Below are positions 25,568 to 38,100 of a stretch of DNA of 64,000 nt, piece after piece (the first letter of the stretch is position 1; every line of letters begins with the position of its first letter). The stretch spans positions 39,060,001 to 39,124,000 of the forward strand of contig OX597825.1 of assembly GCA_951406725.2 (NCBI GenBank), in the 5' to 3' direction. Under the pieces are notes generated by a model. That model was not told the origin of the DNA. It searched no databases and saw nothing but the letters and a program-made list of their open reading frames with translations. The DNA is from Octopus vulgaris. Lineage: Eukaryota. The position numbers were made by a program, and so were the translations under genes.

Positions 25568-27759
25568 CATACACACATACACAAATATACATATATATGT
25601 ATGTAGATAAGGTGAGGCTCCAGCATGGCCGAAATCCTACCACAGAATCCATATTATAAAAAAAAAATAACTCATTCAAGAATAACTAACTTTCATTTAT
25701 ATTGTCATACGCATTTGTTTTCTTTTCCTTAAGAAGTGCAATCATTGTTCTTATCATATAAGCAGTGTTTCTTATCTGAAAAGCACAAAAAAGAATTGAC
25801 CTCACAAATCCTTGTAATGAAAGGCACAATATCGTTGGGTATCTAAAGTATGATACATTCATCAACATGGTAATCTCAGATTTCTTTAACATGAAACTGT
25901 TTTTTCCCCTCTAAAGGTTCGTCTGATTATTATAATGGAATGCACTCTCTTTATTGGGCAAACCTGTAGCTACGCGCAAAAGAACTAGTCTGCAAATGAA
26001 GACAACCAAGGGGATAGCCATGTTTCCATTATCAACACCTACCAACTGCTTCTCATACTACTTTTTAATCTCTAATGTCTACTTAAATTACAATGGTTTA
26101 TGTTTCTCGGATCTCGATAGACCGTGTACATTTTCATAGTTCCCTCTCACTTGTGTGTTTCCCCTTCCTCCATGTCAGGTACATCACCCAAAACCGCACT
26201 CACAACTGTAATGTTTCAACAGTTCAAGTTGAACTGTAACTGAACAGTCCCTGGTGGTATGTGAAGGTTTTATTCTAAACATAAAATTGATACATTTAAA
26301 TTATTGTATTAACTTAAAGTGCATTATAGCCACACTATATCTTGATTAATTTCATTCATTGTCATCTTGCAAATGATATCAAAATCGATTATTCGATATG
26401 ACACTTTCACAATGTAGACGAATTTCAAATTATTTGGATACGTAGTAGTAAATATATCAATTTCTTTTAACATATGTAAAAGACATTTCACAGGAGCAAA
26501 TGAGATGGTTATATTAAACTTCAAAAGGAAAGTTACATATTTACGCAGTGGTAGAATGCTTTTATGCACTCTATTTAAAATGGTTGTCTGGATTATAATA
26601 TATGTATTTTGTTATGCCAACAATATTTATGTTACTTGAGATTTCGAATCACAGTTGTTCAGAACTAAACATCGTGTAGCATTTTCTACGTTTTGAAATC
26701 GAGGAATTTGTAATTATATATTTCTCGCTATCAACATTAACCAGCCATATCATAATTTCACCCTTACGTCTATTTCCACTCTTTCATCCATTGAATTATT
26801 ATCTAAGAGATCAATAATCAGTCTCCATGTTTATATTATACGATGTCATATAATCTTACATGAATTTTAAGATTGTTTATGTGTATCTTTGTGTATCCAA
26901 TGGGCGCTAGAAAATTATTACCTCCAAGCATTTTTGAGTGAGCATTGGAGTCTTAAATGGATAGAAATACTTTCAATCTGGACTCTCAGTCACATTGTAA
27001 TCTTTGTTTTGCTGAGCAGTTTTAGCTGCAACACAATACTAAGAAATATAATAATATATTCTAGTATAACTAATTGGTTTCAGTTTAATATGAAGTCATT
27101 AATCAGGAAAACAAAATTAATATGTATACATTCCTGTCTAGACTTTGCTCTCATCTATTTGACTAAGGCCGAAGTATAGAAAGTTGCTGTTGTTTCCACC
27201 GAATTCTTATGAAAATATATTATCCGAGTGTGCGCATGAACTGAATATAATTTTGTTGTCGATGAGAATGAGACGTTTGTTCAATATCACCTTCTCTATT
27301 GCTGATATATAGATTGTTGAATGCATATTTCCATATTACAGGTATATTTATTGCCTATAATTTTCAACGATAAGTTCATGCCATTGAAAGAATTCTCTGA
27401 ACACTTTCATCGTGAAAGAACTCTATTGAAAATTTTTGGTCATTGTTCTAATTTCTGAAACTTTCACTGATATTTACTTACTTATTATTGCATTAGATTT
27501 CGAAAAACAGATTACATAGGAGACAATGCTGGTTGTTCAACTACATCACCTTCTGGGGTCAAATATTACGTTAGTTCTCCTGGACATTTCTTTCAGCGGG
27601 TTTGACTTTGAAGTCATAATATAAATTAAGATACTAATACCTTCGCCCTATTTTCGTAAATTCTTTTTGAATGAAAAAGAAATATTGCACATTACGCAGT
27701 AACATAAGAAGTATATCTTAATATTATTTAAGATACATAATCTGATAGACAAGTAAAGT

Positions 27760-28420
27760 CAAATTTGATTTTGAATTTTTGTACCTCTTTGAAAAGGAAT
27801 TCTGATCCTTCTAGATGGTTTGGGCATGTTTCGCAATTTGGTCGATTGCATTTTTTCACTTTTGCCTCCATTACTTTAGAAAATAATTTTGCCTTTGTGA
27901 GGTTTTTTTTTTAGTGATTTCGGATGTTTGTGGCTTTTAATGATATTATTTGTGTGTAAAACTTCCTTTAATTTGGGGTCCTCATGTAGCATTGCTAAAT
28001 TTTGGATGTTGAAGGCTTCTTTGTTTCTAGAGTTGTATGTGGGTATTACGGCAGTATTTTCGGGGAAGGTGTGTGGCTGTATTGAACTTTTCTTAAGGTT
28101 GCTATGTTGATTTGGGTTGCACGTCTGATTCCATCCTCTATGAATTGAACTGGGTAGTGTCTGTCAATTAGGGTGTTTTTGAGTTCTTGCAGTCTAAAGT
28201 CTCTCTGGTAATTTTCCTGACACTATTGTGCATAGCCTTCTTGCAAGGTTGAAGGGGATGGTTGTTTTGGTGTGTCTTGGGTGGCATGAATTAAAAAGTA
28301 GATATTGTTTGGCGTCTGTTGTTTTGTAAAATATGACCGTTTCTATTTTTATGATTATTTATTTAATTAGTAAATCCAAGAATGGGAGCTCCTCTTCGTT
28401 GTACTCCATTGTGAAATCTA
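27760..28420 (-). mobile_element. Penelope-like RT C-terminal fragment
   Basis: Minus strand reads FYKTTDAKQYLLFNSCHPRHTKTTIPFNLARRLCTIV. Confidence 0.85.
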
Positions 28421-28539
28421 TGTTTAGTTAGACGCTGTTCAATAGTCTTTTGAATATCAGGAGTTTGTGATTTCTTTCCAGAGTATGAAACAGTCGTCCA
28501 GGAATCTTTTCCAATTTTCTTTGGGAACCATCTTTTCCG

Positions 28540-28625
28540 AATCGCTAAGTCACGGGAACGTAAACACACAAGCATCAGTTATCAAGCGATGTTAGTGGGA
28601 CAAACACAGACACACAAACATATAC

Positions 28626-28656
<31 letters not shown>

Positions 28657-28782
28657 CGACGGGCTTCTACTAAATTCACACAAAGGGCCTTGGTCGGCCC
28701 GAGGCTATAGCAAAAGATACTTGCCCAAGGTGCCATGCAGTGGCACTGAACAAGGAACCATGTGGTTGGTGAGCAAGCTACT
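28540..28782 (-). mobile_element. tRNA-derived SINE, body (split by an insertion)
   Basis: ttggtcggcccgaggctatagcaaaagatacttgcccaaggtgccatgcagtggcactgaac. The head continues at 30797-30836. Confidence 0.85.
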
Positions 28783-30796
28783 GTATTTCATTAAGATTTA
28801 CCATAATAGCATTACAAAGAGTAGCTTGCGCGCTAGTCATAGACATTAATGCTGATCCAAAAATGATTAAGAGGGAAGACAGGAAGCGCCCGCCGACCCT
28901 CTACTTATCTAAAACATTGTTCTTTAAAAACGCATATACAGAGGTATTAACCGTCTTACAATTTAAAATGCAATATATTTGGACTAATTGGAGGCGATAA
29001 ACCTCTACAATCTTGCCCCGAATAAATTTCTTGCAACTTGCATGCATTGCTGCAACCGAAATCTGGGCCTCCAAAAAACAATTCTATAATTCTCGTTTTT
29101 ACACGAGTCAGTTATCAGATCACAGTACTCACTTTCCAGCACCAGAGCAGCCACCTACAAAGGCCACTCTGGGCTGTCAATAAAATTCGGTTCCCTCACA
29201 AGCCGACTATCCATATTCTCCACGAAACTGTTTATAGCCCCTCTCCTGAGAGAGCAGCACATATATTCTTCACCACTTTCACTGGAAGGGGCCTCAACGA
29301 ACTCGCTCGGTGGCACACATCCCACTGACAAGGTTATCTTCTCCCCAACCTCCGGCGGCACACATACCACCTACGGGGTTTCGAGACATGCCGTCGCCGG
29401 TAATGCCCCGTTTTTCTTTTTACAACGGGAGGGTGGAATTCCTCCGATATCTCCGGAGGACCCTCCCCACCTCCGCCGTCTCAGGATCCATAGGTGGGCA
29501 GCCATTGTCCCCCTTTTTTCTTTTCTTCCCCACTGTTTTTGAATAAGTTACCTCCTCCTCAACTTTTTCCTCCACTGGGGGAGCAGGGGACACCTGTTGA
29601 ATTAACTGTTCCAGGACCTTTGCCTGGTCCCGGTGACAGTTCTTCTTTCTGCGTCCCGGTTCTAGGAACAGGTGACACTTGGGAAGACGTCCCGCAACCA
29701 TCACCGGGTACCTGGAATTGGCCATTGTTAAAAAATCTGGTAAAACTAGATCATCGGCTGATTGGGTCCATTGGGTCAAAATTGCTTTTGACCCGACCCA
29801 ATCAACCGCAGACAATAATTTTACATTTAAGAGCCTGGAAGGGCCGCCACCTAGGTCCCGACTGATAGTGTCTTTTATCCATTCGGCCTCTATACCTGGT
29901 GGCAGCCCACACGCCCAGGCTCTTGTCAACTCTCTACCGCCATAAGTAGGGAGAAACAAAATGTTCTCCCCCTCCAAAGGCACGCTCGCAAAATCACGAA
30001 TTTCTGCAGGGGTTTCAAAAAGTACACACACAGTTCAATTCTTCGCACCCTTGCGGATAAACTTAACAGTTGGCAGATAGTCTGCGAACTCCTCCTCAAT
30101 TTCTTCTTCAGAGAAGACCTTGATGGTTCCAAGGACCCTGGAATAAATCCTTAACACCACCGTTTTCTCCGTATAATTTTTCACCCATTCTTTGGGGGCC
30201 AGAATTTGCCACTCCAAAGTGGGTTTCACCGTTGCCATGTTTATAGCCAAAACAAAAAAATAAAATCCACAAACAAAAATCAAAATGTTCAGATGAAATT
30301 CTATAAAGGAACTTCAAAAAGATCAGAAAGACGGACAAGAGAAGAAAGACCGAAAGAAGGTAGTCCAAAATGGCAACACAAAATAATTCTGCTACTGGTA
30401 ATCCAAACTGGTAGTCCTTCGCAGCAGAAATGGTATTCCATCCAACTCCGGCTGTACACTTCTCCTTTATGGTAAAAATTAACTTGAAAGAGCACAAACA
30501 CAGTGCCCTTTCAATTCAAGAAAATTTTCGGACGGGCACGTCTCCCGAAAATACACACAGTTCTCACTAAAATATGAGTCTTTTATTAAGACCACCGGTA
30601 AAGAAGTCCCTGGAACTCAGTGGAGACCCTTGTTCGAAACATTTTTAACCATGCGGACAACAGACTTCACTACCCTCCCCCCCAAAAAAAAAACTACAAA
30701 TGCTTTACCTGTGGTCGCACTTCAAATGTTCAATTTTTCCCGTCGAAAGATGTGACTTCCAAGTAGCATGAAAAAATGCGAACTCGTTTGTAGTAA
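28783..30796 (-). mobile_element. ~2-kb non-autonomous L1/Tx1-like element encoding only an ORF1-like protein, with a 15-bp TSD
   Basis: TSD ggtgagcaagctact (28768-28782) and ggtaagcaagctact (30797-30811). No RT or APE motifs are visible. Confidence 0.75.
29155..30238 (-). pseudogene. ORF1/gag-like protein with a degenerate zinc knuckle
   Basis: MATVKP...(30238), then the 203-aa frame ...GLPPGIEAEWI...VMVAGRLPKCHLFLEPGRRKKNC (CX2[C]X4[H]X4C), then a basic KKRKK. Frameshifted. Confidence 0.6.
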
Positions 30797-30836
30797 GGTA
30801 AGCAAGCTACTTACCAAATACCCACTCCTGTGCCTA
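30797..30836 (-). mobile_element. 5' head of the split SINE
   Basis: Reverse complement aggcacaggagtgggtatttggtaagtagcttgcttacc (A-box region). Confidence 0.8.
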
Positions 30837-31116
30837 TATATATATATATATATATATATATAATCAACTAATGAGGGTGAGAAATTTGTATACTAATTTA
30901 ATAGTACATCCATTTAACACCAAGTGGCTTAGTGCATATAAAACTCGGATTTCCATAAATTTTATACATAAATATAAGAGAGCAACCACTATGTGGTCTA
31001 CTCTAGCACTAAAAATAGATCCGCTGGGCTTCAGCCACATAAGAAATGTTTCCGATGAATATTGGCACAACTACTGGCGCAGACAGGGCAATTAAACATA
31101 ACAAAAATTCAAATTA

Positions 31117-31207
31117 GTTCGGGACAATTGTTTCGCTATTAATAAATTAATAAATTATGTAATTTTACTCACATAATATACCTTTATTTGTAGCTCATCG
31201 GCCGAAC
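31117..31207 (-). ncRNA. Type I hammerhead (CCGATGA core)
   Basis: Reverse-complement copy of 31880..31970. Confidence 0.8.
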
Positions 31208-31879
31208 CCATTCAGAATACAATTTACTCGACCGCACGCTACATTTTACCATCACGATAAACGCGCGTGTGGTCTTCGCTGCTATAGTTTAAGTGCCCCT
31301 GTCATGGCCCGCCAAAACTCACGGAAACAGATACTACATCCAAAATTAAATGTAGCATTGTTACAATCAACTAATGAGTGTGAGAAAGTTGTATACTAAT
31401 TTAATAGTACATCCATTTAACACCAAGTGGCTTAGTGCATATAAAACCCGGATTTCGATTTGAATTTTTGTTATGTTTATTTGCCCTGTCTGCGCCAGTA
31501 GTTGTGCTAATATTCATCGGAAACATTTTTTATGTGGCTGAAGCCCAGCGGATCTATTTTTAGTGCTAGAGTAGACCACATAGTGGTTGCTCTCTTATAT
31601 TTATGTATAAAATTTATCGAAATCCGGGTTTTATATGCACTAAGCCACTTGGTGTTAAATGGATGTACTATTAAATTAGTATACAACTTTCTCACACTCA
31701 TTAGTTGATTGTAACAATGCTACATTTAATTTTGGATGTAGTATCTGTTTCCGTGAGTTTTGGCGGGCCATGACAGGGGCACTTAAACTATAGCAGCGAA
31801 TACAATTGGCTGGACCACACGCGCGTTTATCGTGATGGTAAAGTGTAGCGTGCGGTCGAGTAAATTGTATTCTGAATGG

Positions 31880-31970
31880 GTTCGGCCGATGAGCTACAAA
31901 TAAAGGTATATTATGTGAATAAAATTACATAATTTATTAATTTATTAATAGCGAAACAATTGTCCCGAAC
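31880..31970 (+). ncRNA. Type I hammerhead (CCGATGA core)
   Basis: gttcgg-CCGATGA-gcta...tagc-GAAAC-aatt-GTC^ccgaac. All three stems are intact. Confidence 0.82.
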
Positions 31971-32108
31971 TAATTTGAATTTTTGTTATGTTTATTTGCC
32001 CTGTCTGCGCCAGCAGTTGTGCTAATATTCATCGGAAACATTTTTTATGTGGCTGAAGCCCAGCGAATCTATTTTTAGTGCTAGAGCAGACCACATAGTG
32101 GATGCTCT

Positions 32109-32161
<53 letters not shown>

Positions 32162-32320
32162 GTATGTATATGTATATATATATATGCATATATATATATA
32201 CATATATATATATATTAAACACTTTCGCCTTTTCGACATGTAGTACTAAGATCACACGGATGTGTGATAATTTCTCTTTTTAATCTTAACCTTTTTAAGA
32301 ACTAATCTTTAAAAATATTC

Positions 32321-32403
32321 TATCTCTGATGAAAGAATTATGGTTACCAAAATCGAAAGAATAAGATTTTGCTTTGCGTACTCACTGAAACGCTCGTAAG
32401 ATA
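32321..32403 (+). ncRNA. Type I hammerhead with canonical core
   Basis: tatct-CTGATGA-...(aaaatc/gatttt hairpin)...-GAAAC-gctc-GTA^agata. Confidence 0.7.
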
Positions 32404-33635
32404 CCTTACCTCATTATATTTATATTTCTTTCGTGAACCGCTTTATTTCGAGGACAATTTTAAATCGGTTTACTCTATTTAATTTTACTTCATACAAGGA
32501 CTATTGTAAATCTCTTAAACATCTCCCCTGCTTGTGAATTTAATTTGATTTATTTTGTCCGATGTAATTTTCTGTATCAGTATTGTGATCCCCTAACCTT
32601 GGGATTATAATAAAAGAATTTTATTGTATTTCCAATTTGTATTCCCAATTTGAATATGTATTGGCCGGACTATATATATGTGGGGTATGTCACAATGTCT
32701 CTGTCTCTGTGAGTGTGTGTGTGAGTGTGTGTGTCTGTGTATGTATCTGTGTATGTAAAGCCAAAAATACATGCATGAAAACGCACATACAAACATAAAT
32801 AAATACACTTAAACCCTCGACTATCACGGATGTTATGTTCCAGAACACCTCGCAATAGGTGAAAATCAGCAAAGTAGAAACAGTTCTGTAATGTATATTT
32901 AAAAAAAAATACTCTTATCATTTGTATATATTAATTTTATTATAAATGCAAAACAGCACCTCTGAGAAATAAACGTAAGCTTAAATAATAAAACGTGATA
33001 GTTGAACTGCGATATAGCGAGAGATAAGAAAACAGAATGAGGTGAGTGGAATAAAAATTGACGTATTTTGAAACAGAACTAATAAAACTTAAGGGAAAAT
33101 ATTTAAAATCAATAACGTGCGGGAAGACTTATTCATTTGATTGGGGAAATTAATATATTGAGGAAATCCAATTAGTCATGACATAACTGGGCACCTTTCA
33201 ATGATCATCGTCAGTAGTGACGACTTCTCAAAAGAAATTTTATACGATTCTAATTTTTAATGAAACTAACATTCAAGCAGGCACCATCTATATTAATAAA
33301 TGTCTTAGCAAATTGCAGGCTGTTGATTTCTTTCCTATTAGATTTCAATGAGTAAAACGCAAAAAAAATATAACGTAAAGTTACCAAGAATTTGATTACC
33401 GTTTGAATACGAAGGAATTATTTTTAAGTCTAATTTTACAATAAGACTGAATAAATACACATATACATTCTCTCTCAGAGATATATATGTATATATATAT
33501 ATATATATATATGTAAGTATGGTGTATGTGCATATAAGGAGAGAGAGGGTACTAGAGAATGTTAGAAGGAAAGATTGAGAGAGAAAGCAAGAGATGCAGA
33601 AAGAGGCACAGATATATATATATATATATATATAT

Positions 33636-33680
<45 letters not shown>

Positions 33681-35013
33681 CAGATAGATAGATAGGCTGA
33701 TAGAGAGGTTGGGTTCTAGTAATCTATGCAGCAATTTTATATTGTATCGTGTTGGTGCACTTAGGTTAAATAGGTTGTGAATCCAATAATTGGATGTAGA
33801 TCGAATAAATTTCAAACAAAATTAGTTTTTCTATTGTGATAATTTATGTTATTGTTTTAAAAAGAGAAGTCACACTGCATATTTAATTGTGTATTTAAAT
33901 CGTTAAAATTTTTCACCGAAGTGTTCAATGATGGAAATGACATTTTGAGATTAATAACAGAATATACGATGTTCCAATACTTCCATTAACAAGTTGATAA
34001 CTTTGCACAAAGCCGCATTAATCCTCAGAGAAGAGAGGAGAACAAATACATGTGTGGTAAGAATATAAATGAATATGCATAGTTACAAAGGTTTACAGGA
34101 GTAGAAAATATGTTTGGTCATTGTAACCTAATTAATAAAAGTATAAAAAATGAAATTGTACACTTCATATCCACCTACATCTAAAGGCAGCATCACAATT
34201 GATAGCAATTTAACCTACTGAAGGATATGTCTGTGTAATGCAAAATAAAGTATTATACACAGAGAAGTGCAGTGTTGACACAAGTTCTCAAACAACAGAT
34301 GCCATGCAATGGTGTAAATGCCTTCGGGAGTGGTTTTAGCTAACATAAAACTCATATGTATATCTACCAGCTTTAATCACACCAGATATTAATGGACAAG
34401 ATTACGTACCTGGCTTATCTGAAATAGAAAACTTCGATTGCGATTATTCACAGACACATAATGTTTTGCCGGGCGTCTTTCTACATTTAACTTCCATGTT
34501 CCTACAAAATATGGTGTGGCACTCGACAGAGACGGCCGTTGCATTCTCACTCATAATGAGATCAGTAAGTGAGAACAAATATTCGCTATAGGTAAGTAAG
34601 AAAACAATCTTCGCTATATGTTACAAGCATATTTTACAAGACGAGGTCACTCCCATTTGTTTACATAGATTATTGGAATGTGTTACAAACCTATCTAAAC
34701 TAACAAGGAGAAAAATAGCATGCTATGTTATTTACACATCAGAGTGTTATATTTCAGTAAGGGAACGTAATATGTAGGTCCACTGCAAACTTAAGGACAA
34801 TATTACTAGTATCAGTTGTAAAAACTGAAATTTACGCTTACAATTTTTAAAAAAATGCTTGTATTTTAGTATCATTTCTGTGTATATATATATGTGTGTG
34901 TGAGTGTATGTACATGTATGCATGTATATTTATAAAATAAAAACGATAATGGTGATGATGTTCATGACGACGACATGAACAATGGCAAATACAACAACAG
35001 CAGCAACAATAAA

Positions 35014-35084
<71 letters not shown>

Positions 35085-35144
35085 TAATAATGATGATGAT
35101 GAGGATGATGATAATTATCATAATAATAGTAATAATAATAATAA

Positions 35145-38100
35145 CTAGCGAGACTCGTGGAATTTCCACGAACCGATTAATAGAATGTTGAGTAAATAAT
35201 AAACTTTTTCTATATATGTGTATGTATGTATGTATGTATAAAAATAACTCATTGAAGAAAGGAGTAATTAATATCTCTAGATATATAATAGAATGAGATA
35301 CTTAGGTAGTAAATACTAAAATTGCATATATTCACACGATTCTATTTACAAATACATAAAACTTAACTATCAATTCTATCCTTTTTTAACATACAATACT
35401 CATAGGCTGAGAAAATAAACAACACATAGAGATACTTGTAAGTGTCCACCATGTGAGCAAAGATTGCCAATACCAATGAGTCAGTGGTACTCCCCCCGCC
35501 AACATAGAACCAGGCCAGTTTCCTCCGATATTAACAGAGAAAACAATAGACCTATATATGTACAAAACTATATAATACATGCCACATATAGATAGTTTCC
35601 TCTTTTGAAATATATTCATTTAATTTATGCATATATACATATAAACCAACGACGCATAGCTAATGCAATCAAGGGTCTCCAGAATTGCTGAAAAGACTCC
35701 ACTCCTTCAAGTCTGTACTTCTCGGTAGACTATGTTCTTAATTAAAGTTCGCTCTTTTCCTTCCTTCTCTGTGTGTTTTCATCACCTTAACCCGTAACCT
35801 GAGACTTTGCGAGCTCTAGAGTATGCCACATACAACTGCCCGTGATTGAACACTGGCTCAGTTAAGAACAATCCCACATTCTCAAATGTCTGCCCCTGTG
35901 ACTTGTTAAAAGTCATGGTATATGACATACGGACAAGAAAAACTTGGTCTCACCAAGGTGAAAGGCAAGTTAGGGTCACTTGGAGCCAGCTTTTTCTGGG
36001 GATGACACGTCTGCCAATTAGTGAACTACTAATCAAGGAAGCCTCGATTGAATGTTGATGCATGGTCACCACTTCCAGTCTTCTACTATTGCATGTCTTT
36101 TCCGAATAGAAATGTTACGAAGAAGCATTACTATTGAGCCGGGTTTTAAACTCAATTTATGAGGAGGCATTCCTGATGGTGTCAAAGAGTTCAAAAATTC
36201 AAGTGGATACCGCTTGGCCTCGGCAGGATCATCTGTCAAGACTTTATCTGTACTATAATAGGTGCGACAGTCACCTGCAAGTTGTATAAAAACTTCTTCA
36301 TTGATCAGAAGGCAGTCTGAGTTCTTAGGTGAAAGAATTACTCTGCTTTTCTCTTCCTCAAATGTATTGTTGAAGATATCCTCCACCAGAAAGCATGAGA
36401 TTTGAGGTACTTCTATGTCATCAACAGTAAGATTAGGATCTTATGGAGCTGTATATATTCCATTGCCAAGATGCAAGATCCATGCTGCACATTCTCTTTG
36501 ATCTGCTGTTGTCCTGATGTTTTGGTTTAAACTATATTGGATGAAATTCGGCCATAGAAGAGAAATTTTAATACAGGTTTAAATAATTGCCTCACGAGTT
36601 CCTCTTGGCAATATTGGTAGGACTTGTCTAAAGTCTCCTCGCAAGAGCACAACTTAACCACCAAAAGAAAAAAAAAGCAGCAATGCCAATGATATCTCGC
36701 AAGGCTATATCAATCACAAGATGATCAAATCCAGGTTCCATTAATGATTTGCACAGTCTGAAATGACTGGAAAGTTACAAACGCTGGCCTCCGTAAGTGG
36801 GACAAGCAACTTCAACAATGTATGGATAGTCTTTCCATCTGACAGTAGTGTAGAGGCAATGTATGTCCAAGCACCACTGCACACAGTTGTTTCTCCGCTG
36901 ATAAGAATCTATGGTATTAAAATATACAATTTTGCCACAATCTCCTGGTGCATCTATATAGAAACAGGAGTGGTTGGGCACCTCACATCTCCTATTCTTA
37001 TCTACAGATTCAAGAAGATCATTAGCAGTCACTCTGTTCCTCAGTAAGTGTTGCAAAGCCTGGGTAATCGAGGTTTTCACGGTGGTTAAGCTACAGTATT
37101 CCAGTACGTTCAGGCAACCATATTGCTAAACAATTAATGTCATTCTCTATCAGAATTGCATCAGTTGAAAGCAGTGCCATGTTTTCTGCGTGTTCTACAT
37201 TAAAACCTTGGTGCAAGAAGTCTTCAATCATAAATTCCTTGTAAGTGGTCCTCTGGTGAAAAGCATTTGCAGGGTTCATATACGTGCACAGGGCAGCAAG
37301 CATAACTCGCAAGTGTAAGAACATACTACAGGCAGCAGCTTTTAGCAATGCATATTGCAGTGTGTCATAGTTTCAGAGAATGCCATATCTCTGGCACGCT
37401 GCCTTAATGCTGCCAACAGTGCGCAAATCCTGAAAGCTCACAGCGCCTGAAACATGCGGCAACAATATTCACAAGTGAAATTCTTCTGTGTCTCTAGGGC
37501 TCACTGTATACATTATACTGATGATATTAGTATTTGCCTTGGTCTAATTAAAGACATAATGCAGCGGTATGTCAGGGTACAAGTATTTCCTGGCATCATC
37601 ATCATGCTCATTCAGTTTGAACTATGCAGTGAGGGTAGTGTCGCGGCTCCTGTGCCTGAGCAGCTTGCTGAGCACTGCTTCTGTGAAAGTAAACTCTTTG
37701 TTGGTCTTCAAGATGTACTGAAAGTCTGTAGATAGTGTGAGATGCGTCATGTAGCTTGGACCCTGTCAATCCCCGCATAGCTTCTGGAGGAGAAACATAT
37801 CGACAAGCAAGATAATTAGTAATTTCATCATGAGATTCGTAATGCCCACGAACTGCCAATGGGTTGTCTCTTAGTTCACCAGAAGCAAAGTCATATCCCA
37901 TGTACACCTACTTGAAGATATATTTAATGCTTTTCACGGATGGACAAATTTCTACTTGAATGTGAGCTCTGTACTTTTTGAGCAGATAGGCATTGTACAG
38001 CACAACGTTCCTATTGTCATGTGAGCGACGTCCAGCTTGAGTTGTGACATCAGTATTGCGTGTTCTGTACTTTGGATGTAGTTCTTTGGGAATTTCTTTT

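Larger units (their letters stand above)
30862..32111. repeat. HHR-bearing ~503-bp unit in a tandem plus fold-back arrangement
   Basis: 30862-31364 is followed by a partial repeat to 31457. 31458-32111 is ~1.3 units in reverse complement. Flanked by (TA)n. Confidence 0.92.

Noticed and set aside
25918-26100. Acceptor-like site tttttcccctctaaag|G
   Set aside because: All three frames stop within 75 nt.
31045-31105. Second, opposite-strand HHR inside the 503-bp unit (CCGATGA at ~31051)
   Set aside because: It lacks G12 and a stem III in all copies, so a truly ambisense unit is not supported.
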